Assembly: GCA_000004985.1 (NCBI GenBank)
Contig: GG738913.1
Direction: 5' to 3' (one strand)
Length of the DNA stretch: 64,000 nucleotides
Source of the DNA: Naegleria gruberi
Taxonomy: Eukaryota
Shown here: piece after piece, positions 33,309 through 42,546 of the stretch
How positions within the stretch are numbered: position 1 is the first letter of the stretch
How the letters are laid out: each line of letters starts with the position of its first letter
The notes under the pieces: model-generated
Told to the model about the DNA's origin: nothing
The model's database searches: none
Seen by the model: the letters and a program-made list of their open reading frames with translations, nothing else
Translations under genes and position numbers: made by a program

Positions 33309-36300
33309 ATGTTTGGACGTTTCTTTGGTAGTAAAAACAAGGCTGCATCAGCTGATGATGATATTTCTCAAGTTGAAACAACCACAACCACCACTACAAA
33401 TACAACACACCAACCAATGAAGAACAACAACAAGCAGTACACTAAAAAGGAGCCAAAGAATAGTGCTCCAAAGAAAATTGAATTATACGACAATGTAAAG
33501 ATAGTATCGGGAACAAGCATTCCAACAGGATTGGCTGCCAGTAGAGCTACTTGTATCAAGAAGACACCAATCACTGATAATATTCCTACATTCGAATCAA
33601 GTCCTGATTCTTTCATCCATGTACATATTGGAAAGGAATATTCTGACAAGGCTTCATCAGTTTTACCATTGGTGGCTCACAAAGTTCAATGTCACGTCAT
33701 GTATCCTATTGTTCAAGTCGTTTTCCACAATGACTTTTAGAAATACTATTGAAAATAGATCAATTGAAGGTGAATTAGTTCTTCCAATGCCTGAAACTGC
33801 CACGATGACTGGTTATGCAATGGAAGTTGATGGAAAACTCATTGATGCAGTTCCAGTTGAAAAGGAAAAGGCCAAGGAAGTTTTTGAAAGTGAAGTTAGA
33901 GCTGGAAATAAGGTTTCAATGGTTGAAAAGGTTGCACAATCCAATTGTTTCCGTACTCGTATTTATCCATTACCATACAATCAAGATAAGACAATTCAAG
34001 TCAAGTATCAATTAATGTTGAATGAGATTATCGAAACTCAAAATGAAAATGAAACTGGTACAATTAAGGGCACTGCTTGGTTCCCTGTTACTTATACAGA
34101 TTTCTCAGTATTAAGAGAATCCAACATTGAATTTACTTTGAATGAGACATCATTGCAAGGATATGAAACTAATTTTACAATGAAAACTTCAGGAGTTGAA
34201 GAAAAGACTATCTGGTCAAGTAAGAATGCAAGCAAGAGAGCTGCTTATTTCAATGTTACCAAGAGTGATTTATCTGACAAATTGATTGGTTTTGGTATTG
34301 AAATTACCAAACAGGCTGATTCAGTTAATAATATTTTACTTGCATCAGAAAATGGTTACTTTATGACCTCTATCCCAGTTCCATCTTTGACCGAAGAAAT
34401 GAGAAATATGTCTCGTATTGGAGACAAAATTCAAATTGTTTGGGATTCATCACTTTCACAATCTAATTGTCATGCAAAGAATTTACAATTATTCAAGGCA
34501 ATTTTGGAAGCTTTGAATCCAAAAGCAATTTCCTTCTCAACATTCAGTAATGCCATTGTAGATCAAAAGAATTTTTCATCCACTTCAGATGCTTTGAGTT
34601 ATGCTGAAAAGATTGTTTATGATGGTGGTTCTAACATGCTTGTTTTCGATCAAAATTTGATTGATGATAGTTTTGATTATTGCATTGCTTTTACTAATGG
34701 TGTTCACACAATTGGACATGAAATTACCCCATCATGCAGCTTTGAAAGACCAATTTACTTTGTCAACGCCTCATCTACTGTTAATATCAATCTCTTGAAG
34801 CACATCTCTACCAAGTCTGGTGGTGTTTACCTCAATGCCAACGAACTTTCACAAGATCAAATTTTGAATGCTATTGGTAAACCAGTCTTGTCATTTGTTG
34901 TTGCAGATTTCGAAGATTCTGATATGGAAGAAGTTTATCCAAACGAACCAGTTTCTTTGAAGGAAGGAGAAATTTTCAAATTATATGGTAAAATCAAAAA
35001 CTCTGGAAAGGAAACAGCTAAGGTTGCTGTATCTTTCAGATATGGTTCAAAGATTTATCACATTCAAGAACTTGATATTCCAACAAGTGTTAACAATGTT
35101 CCTGAAGAGGCTGCCATTCTTCCAACTTTGTGGGCTCAACAAAAGATTGACTCTCTCTCTGCATTCCCTCAACTTTTCAAGGATGATATTAAGAAGATTG
35201 GCCAAGAATTTAGGATTGTTACTGACAATACTTCCCTGATTGTTCTTGAAACTTTGAGTCAATATCAAAAACATGACATTGTTCCGCCAAAGACTCTCAC
35301 TGAAGTCTATAAACAATTCATGCAAGTAAAGACATCTGCACAAGAAGCTAAGGATAAACAAGAAAAGGAAAAGTTAGAAAGAATTATTAGTATGTGGAAG
35401 GAAAGAGTTAATTGGCATAAGACTGACTTTAAATTACCTGAAGAAAAGCCAGAAAAGGAAAAGAAAAAGTTGGCTGCAATGGATGACTGTATTTCTGAAT
35501 CTCTCTCTGTACAATCCTCTAGTTTGGATAGTTGTTGTAGATGTGAGGAGAGTAGAGAATGTTGCAGAGAATGTTGCAGACGTTCTTGTGCACCATCTCC
35601 AAGTTGTGCTAGAAGTTGTTGTTGTCGTTCTGCTAGTCCTTCTTTGAGTTGTTCAGATATCAGTTCAGGTCCACCACCAGCTTTTGGAAGTGCAGGTAGT
35701 CCACCACCTCCTTCTGCTAAGTCAGTAGCCTCTCAAGAAGAACCTAGTGTTGCTGGTACCATTAAGGTTAAAGCATGGACTCCAGATGCTGCTTATTGTA
35801 CTGCCATTAGTCAAGCTAAAGATCCATATGAAGAATATGTTAAACAAAGAGAAAGTTATAGAGATTCTCCAGCTTTCTATTTGGATGTTGCTGACTATTT
35901 CCTTTCATCAGTTAAGAATAAGGAAATTGGTGTGAGAATTCTTACCAACGTTTCAGAGCTTGAATTGGAAAATGTTCAACTTTATCGTATTGTTGGTTAT
36001 AGACTTGATCAAGCTGAAGAATTGGAATTGGCTGAATGGGTCTTTGAAAGAGTTAAGAGCATTAATGGATTTGAACCTCAATCATACAGAGATCTTGCTC
36101 TAGTTAAGGAAAGAATGGGAAAGCATGAAGAAGCTATGGAATTATTCAATAGAGTTATTGTTGGTAAATGGGATCTTCGTTTTGATGAAATTGAAATGAC
36201 CGTTGCTACAGAGATGAACCATCTTTTGCTTAACAATCCAGATTTACCAATCATTGATAAGAGATTGATTCACAAGTTTGACCTCGATATTCGTATTTCA

Positions 36301-36654
36301 ATGGCCTGGGACACTGATAATGTTGATATTGACTTGCACGTTCAAGAGCCAGGAAGACATGGTGAACATGCTTATTATGCTCACAATAGAACAAGAATGG
36401 GAGGTTATGTTTCCAGAGATTTCAGACAAGGATATGGTCCAGAAGAATACATGTTAAAGAAAGCTCAAAAAGGTGCTTACAAAGCTACAACAAATTATTT
36501 CAGTAACCATTCTCAGAGCTTGACAGGTGGCACAACCATTTTGTGTACCTTCTTTACAAATTATATGAGACCAAATGAACAAAGACAAATGTCAACCATT
36601 AGATTATCTTCACAAAAGCAAGACATTGTCGTTTGTGAAATTGATATTGCTTAA
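33309..36654 (+). CDS. VIT (vault/inter-alpha-trypsin) + vWA domain protein with an internal Cys-rich insert and a DUF2135-like C-terminal domain. A +1 frame discontinuity lies at 33735-33740.
   Basis: The ORF 33309..33740 ends with ...VQVVFHNDF. The ORF 33619..36654 continues RNTIENRSIEGELVLPMPETATMTGYAMEVDG (VIT core), then vWA, then ISMAWDTDNVDIDLHVQEPG... Removing one T from the TTTT run before the TAG joins them as a contiguous VIT domain. Confidence 0.65.
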
Positions 36655-36705
36655 ATCAATAAAATATAAAAGTATTATTTCTGAATATTACTCTCCATCA
36701 CAACA

Positions 36706-37767
36706 TTAAAAGCATTTTCTATGTACTATTGAAGGTCCAATTTCATCATACTCTTTGCATGAAATCCACATTGGTTCAAACGATGATAGAGAAGATAACA
36801 GGCTACCTCCAAGCCAAACTGAATATTTTCTAAATGGTGGAGCCTCAACATTGATTTTCACATTTGATGGAGCCAATGCACTTAACTCTTTTTCCACTCG
36901 TTCTGACAATCCTGTAAACATTGTTGTTCCACCTGCTAAGATTATATTTGAAAACATATCCTTTCTAACATCCATGTCACATTTTCTAATAGAATTGAAA
37001 ACCTGTTCATGAATCCCAGAATGTGAATCAAGATTGGGATTGAATAATTCCTCTGTGCATTTGAATCGTTCACATCCAATGTTAATCAAGCTTCCATCTG
37101 GTAATTCATAAGAAACATCAGTCACTGCCTTTTCATTTTCCTGATCAAAATCCAATGCAACATAGCAAATATTATGCTTCATATCTGTCATGACATCTGT
37201 TGGATGCTCTGCAAAATATGGTATTTTACATCCAGCAAATGCTTGAACCAAATATTCAGTAATTTCCCTTCCAGCAAAATTCCAACTTGAAATGGCATGT
37301 GTCAAGGCATATCCTTCATAGACAGGAACAGCTCTCGACACACTCTCTCCCAAATCCAAAACAATTCCACTTGTCTTGCCAGATGCAAACAACGCCAACA
37401 CTCCTTGCATTGCCACATAAAAACTTGATATATTAAACTCCTCAAACACGATCTGTGTCATCCTCTCTCTATTACACTTTGGTTCCCTCACTGCTTCACT
37501 CATCAAGATTGGATGTAATTCTGGCCTGCATCAAACTAGTTCCATATCAGACATGTTGGTAATGACACAATGTTCAATTGGATATTTCAATGTACAGATA
37601 CCTCTCTTAGCAATGGCTTCATCACCAACTATAGTGGTGCTTGTTGATTTCTTGTGGTGGCCAACTAGGGTTGGAAAGATTGATGTCGGAGTGTTGTCTT
37701 GTTCGTTTGCTATTCCTACTTTCATAGTACAAGATCCGTTATCAATTATTATAGCTGTTTTGGTCAT
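36706..37767 (-). CDS. Divergent actin / actin-like protein interrupted by one in-frame TGA. Possible pseudogene or sequencing error.
   Basis: The N-terminal ORF (37531..37767) carries [13 protein letters not shown] and the actin N-terminal phosphate loop. The C-terminal ORF (36706..37506) ends ...[10 protein letters not shown], identical to the actin terminus. Both are in the same frame, separated only by a TGA at 37531-37533. Confidence 0.6.
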
Positions 37768-37902
37768 GTTTATTATATTTAATTTAGTTTAATTTAGTTT
37801 TTAAATTTGCTGGATGACAATAAAGTACCAGTTTAGAGTTTTTTGCATTTTTTTTGATTTTTAAATATCTCAGTTTAGTTTCTTCTTGAATAAAAAGTTG
37901 AA

Positions 37903-37993
37903 ACCCAGTGTCAGGACTTGAACCTGAATTATGTGATTTGGACTTGTTGTTCAAGTCCCGTCACATTCACATGTCTTTCATTAGACTACACAG
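37903..37993 (-). tRNA. Candidate intron-containing tRNA. The anticodon GTG (His) is read across a 23-nt intron. The D-loop is non-canonical.
   Basis: On the minus strand the layout is CCCTGTG-TA-GTCT AATGAA AGAC-A-TGTGA ATGTGA[CGGGACTTGAACAACAAGTCCAA]A TCACA-TAAT-TCAGG TTCAAGT CCTGA-CACTGGG-T, followed by TTTTT. The T-arm/B-box is perfect. There is a T4·T69 acceptor mismatch, and the D-loop has no GG. Confidence 0.35.
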
Positions 37994-38940
37994 GGTTGAG
38001 TGGAATTGTTTTTTGGCCACACGTGATGTGTTGGCTGTGTTCAAGGATTTTGAATCAGATTTTTGGTTTCAATGAATTAACATTTTCCAAATTTAGTACC
38101 TTTCAAAGTTTGTTAAAAATCGGTGAGTAGCTAACCCATGTTGTCTGCAATTGTTTCTAAATGGATTTTTGTGCCTTAATAAAATCAGAGTTGTTTCTTA
38201 AGAAGAAACATTTTTAGAATTAAATGTAAAGCAGGAATGAAGAAATAATTTTGTTTACCCCGATTATTTTCTGACCACCATACGCCCCTAAATAGATTTC
38301 TACCCCTCCTCACCACCTCAAACTGTAATGGGTCGACCAAATTCAATAAATGAATAATTGGCAAATTCATCTCCTTGCACCCTCTGAACAGTAATTCATT
38401 TGTATTAATTTTCTTCCTCTTCATCAACATATTCTCCATCTTCTTCCTCTTCTTCATCAACATCTTTAACATTTAATTTTTCCAATTTCTTCCTCATCTT
38501 CCACTTCATCATCATTATTTTCCGCATTTCCAGTTTGCACAATATATTCTGTTAATTTAGGCACACCATAATTTTCATATCGCCCCATTTCTTACGATTT
38601 AGCAGTGCTTTGTTTGTTACTGAGTCTCCAAAGTTGTGGGAATACCAGATTCTCTAGCAAGTTGAGTGGTGAATAAACCAATGTCAATGTTATTTGGGTG
38701 AACCGAACCTCCCATAGTTTTTTCATCATTTAATTGTTTTAAAAAATTTGTCACTCCTTACCATTATTAAGCATTTTTCATCATCACACCATCAAAAATG
38801 TTGAACACTCACTAGTAATGTTCTTCTACCTGGTTTTATGTAGAAACCATCTAAAATTCACAACAGAGAACATGATATAGTTGTTCTTGAAGAATATTTT
38901 CTAATAGTTTATTTTTCTGCTCGGATTACAATTAAAAAAA

Positions 38941-41142
38941 ATGTCTTCACTAGTTACGAGGGCACAACTGTTTAATCCTTCTAGTGTTTTTGTTTCATCA
39001 AATAATGAAGTTTATATTGCTGATTTTTGTAATCATAGAATTAGAAAAATATTAGAAAATGGAAATATTGTAACAATTGCAGGAAATGGAAATTATGGAT
39101 TTAGTGGTGATAATGGTCCTGCAACAAATGCACAATTTAATTATCCTTGTAGTGTTTTTGTTTCATCAAAGAATGAAGTTTATATTACTGATTATAGCAA
39201 TCATAGAATTAGAAAAATATTAGAAAATGGAAATATTATAACAATTGCTGGAAATGGAACTGTTGGATTCAGTGGTGATAATGGTCCTGCAACAAATGCA
39301 CAACTTTATAATCCTTCTAGTGTTTTTGTTTCATCAAATAATGAAGTTTATATTGCTGATTTTTGTAATCATAGAATTAGAAAAATATTAGAAAATGGAA
39401 ATATTGTAACAATTGCAGGAAATGGAAATTATGGATTTAGTGGTGATAATGGTCCTGCAACAAATGCACAATTTAATTATCCTTGTAGTGTTTTTGTTTC
39501 ATCAAAGAATGAAGTTTATATTACTGATTATAGCAATCATAGAATTAGAAAAATATTAGAAAATGGAAATATTATAACAATTGCTGGAAATGGAACTGTT
39601 GGATTCAGTGGTGATAATGGTCCTGCAACAAATGCACAACTTTATAATCCTTCTAGTGTTTTTGTTTCATCGAATAATGAAGTTTATTTTACTGATCAAC
39701 ATAATAACAGAATTAGAAAAATATTAGAAAATGGAAATATTATAACAATTGCTGGAAATGGAAATTATGGATTTAGTGGTGATAATGGTCCTGCAACAAA
39801 TGCACAATTGTATAATCCTAATAGTGTTTTTGTTTCATCAAATAATGAAGTTTATATTACTGATTAAAGTAATCAAAGAATTAGAAAAATATTGGAAAAT
39901 GGAAATATTGTAACAATTGCAGGAAATGGAACTGCTGGATTCAGTGGTGATTCACCTTTTAATATTATAATGTATCCTCATATTGGAAATAAGTTATTAA
40001 CTGGAAATAGTAGCTTGTACTCCAAAATAGAATATAATTTGAAAAAACATTCAAGAGATCAATTATTTGGATTTCAAATTTATGGATTCATTCCACTCAT
40101 TGAAAAAATTTCACCAAAATTTAGTAATATTTTGAAGAATGAAAAGATGCTTTGTTTGATGAGTTCATCACAACAAGAAATTATTCAAAAATTAATTGAT
40201 TCTTTGCTGTATGATAAGAACAAGGTAAAGTTTAGCAAAGAAGAAGTGTTGGATGTTTTATTCATTTTGGGTTTATTTAAGAATGGTGAATTTATTGATT
40301 TGAAAAGATCATTGACAAGTGAATTTGTGAACTCATTCACATTAGAAAATCTTACTTTCAAATGGGAAACAATTGAAAATTTACTCAAAACTTGCAATGA
40401 GGAATTTGGTATTCAAAATTACATTCTCGATCAATTGAATAACCATTGCATTGAATATGCTGCTGTTCAAATGCAAACCAAAGAAGGAAACACTTTATTA
40501 TCGACTCTTCCAATAATTATGAGAAATGCTACTGCCATATTTCCAAAAATGATCATTGCTCAACCAACTGCAATTAATATTGAGGAAACAATTGAAAATG
40601 AACCACAAACAATTGAATCATTATATGGTGATATGAAAACAAGTGATGTAAAAATCAAAATGGGACAAAACAAATACTTATATTGTCACAAAACTGTATT
40701 GAGTTCATCAAGTACATTGTTTAATGCATTATTTGACAGTGGATCTTGTTTCAGTGATTTGAGTGATGATGGAATATTCACACCTGACGAATCAGAAGAT
40801 TTGGAATTATTGGAAATTGTGATCAAATATTGTTATAGAATTTCAATTGACAAAATTGATGCTGTTAAAATTATTGGATTACTTGATATGGCAATGAAAC
40901 ATGAAATTCAATATCTAATCAATTATTGCAAGAATAACTTTACTCTATCCATTGATAATTACTTTGCTATGCTTGAAGTTTGTGAAAATTATTTTGATTT
41001 ACAACTATTTGAGCAATTTTTGAGAGAGATTCTCAAGTTTAGCATTGTCAACAGAAAACAACTCTTCATAGATCAAAATAGAATTTCCAAATTACCTGAA
41101 AAATTTTGGCAAGAAATCTTAAAGCTTTCACAGGACTTTTGA
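38941..41142 (+). CDS. NHL-repeat + BTB/POZ domain protein. The single reading frame is interrupted by one in-frame TAA at 39865-39867.
   Basis: At least six NHL-like units of 56 aa (NHRIRKILENGNI[VI]TIAGNG...GFSGDNGPATNAQ). A BTB motif follows (DVKIKMGQNKYLYCHKTVLSSSSTLFNALF). ORFs 38941..39867 and 39892..41142 share a frame. Confidence 0.6.
38981..39652 (+). repeat. Perfect tandem duplication, 2 x 336 bp, inside the NHL-repeat gene. A diverged third copy follows.
   Basis: The segment starting ctagtgtttttgtttcatcaaataatgaagtttatattgctgatttttgtaatcat... at 38981 recurs identically from 39317. The third unit (39653 onward) carries substitutions and the in-frame TAA. Confidence 0.8.
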
Positions 41143-41449
41143 GATTATTTTGAGATTGAGACATGAAAATAATTATAATAATTTATGTGATGCATTATCA
41201 TTGACCTTTTACTATTCGAGACGGGACTGTACTCTCTCTCCACCTCAATAAACAACAATACTTGGTAATGACTCAGCTTCCATTTTCTCTCAATGGTGCG
41301 TTTTGAATACAGAGGAAAAGACTAAAGTAATGACAAAAACTTTACATTCTTAAAGCTGTGAAGTAAAAATTGAATCAGAAGATGATGAAAAATTGACTTA
41401 TCCTCTCAAATAAACGAATGTCTCACTGTTATTTAAAATGGTATTTTAA

Positions 41450-42166
41450 TTACATAATTAAGCATTCTTGTTGGCTTTCTTCATTTTCATTGTTTCTTCT
41501 TCCTTGTTGTTGAACTTGTTGTTGTTGATTGGGAGGGTTATTAGTATTGGCAGCTACATACATGGCTCCTAAAGAAACTGCCCCAACAACAGCAAGTGCT
41601 CCCCAGAATGAGCCATTTCCTTGGTTAGTAGTAGTGCTTGTTACAGGTACTTCTGAATCCAATCTTGTTGTTTGCTCAAAATGTTCTGGTTCAATGAGAT
41701 CCTTTGTGTGATCTCTGAGCTCTCCATTTTGGCCATTGTAAACTCCAAATGGTTTGATTGTACCAATCGAATCTGTATCCCATTCAAGAATTTCAGTCAA
41801 ATAGTGAGAGGCATTGTTGCCACATCTCGTAACTTGTTCTCTGAGTTTTTGAAGTTTTCGTTTTTGATTTCTCCAAACCACATCTGGTGAATAGTTAATA
41901 TGCTTTGCTTCCAATGCCAAAATATCAATCTTTCCATCATTACGAAATTTAGCAAGAATTGCATCTCCTTTGTAATGAGAAGGAAGATGATATTCGTATG
42001 CAATTAAATAGTCGTATTTACTTAAAAGAAATGCTTCACATGCTTCTTTTAAGACCTTTGCTTCCTCTCTAACATCAGCTCTTTCATGATGCTCTACATC
42101 ATAATCAAGTTTTTCAGTGCATGTAAAGTGTTGTTGTCTCAAAGTTTGTCTAATAGAGGAGGACAT
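41450..42166 (-). CDS. Hypothetical tail-anchored protein with a PD-(D/E)xK-nuclease-like core.
   Basis: GDAILAKFRNDGKIDILALEAKH fits a D...E-x-K motif. A single C-terminal transmembrane helix (FWGALAVVGAVSLGAMYVAA) precedes a Q/N-rich end. Confidence 0.35.
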   Translation of the reverse strand: MSSSIRQTLRQQHFTCTEKLDYDVEHHERADVREEAKVLKEACEAFLLSKYDYLIAYEYHLPSHYKGDAILAKFRNDGKIDILALEAKHINYSPDVVWRNQKRKLQKLREQVTRCGNNASHYLTEILEWDTDSIGTIKPFGVYNGQNGELRDHTKDLIEPEHFEQTTRLDSEVPVTSTTTNQGNGSFWGALAVVGAVSLGAMYVAANTNNPPNQQQQVQQQGRRNNENEESQQECLIM

Positions 42167-42546
42167 TTTTTAATAGTTTGGCGAATCTCAACGTTTGTTT
42201 GGTTCCAAGCTAGTTTACAGGTTAGATGGGAATTCCCAGCGTTGTTAAATTACTTGGTGCATAAAGTGTTTGCTATTGATCTGTTAAAAACAAACAAACA
42301 AAAACGACGCATGTGATACACCAACACACATGTTTGAGTCAACAAGACAAGTATACAACATTTGTATCTCCCATGACATGCGTGGTCACATGTAACATTC
42401 ATGGTACTAACTCGCCATACTCTTCTTACTCATTTTCAATATCAGATTGGAGTAGCTTGGTGTATCTAATGTAAAATGGAAGAATATTAGGAAGAATTTG
42501 AAGGAATAGAAATTACCAACCACACATGTCATACATATTACATGTT

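Noticed and set aside
37940-37965. A plus-strand tRNA using the GGACTTG-ttgtt-CAAGTCC hairpin as the anticodon arm.
   Set aside because: No acceptor or D-arm can be built on the plus strand. The hairpin is better explained as the intron of the minus-strand tRNA candidate.
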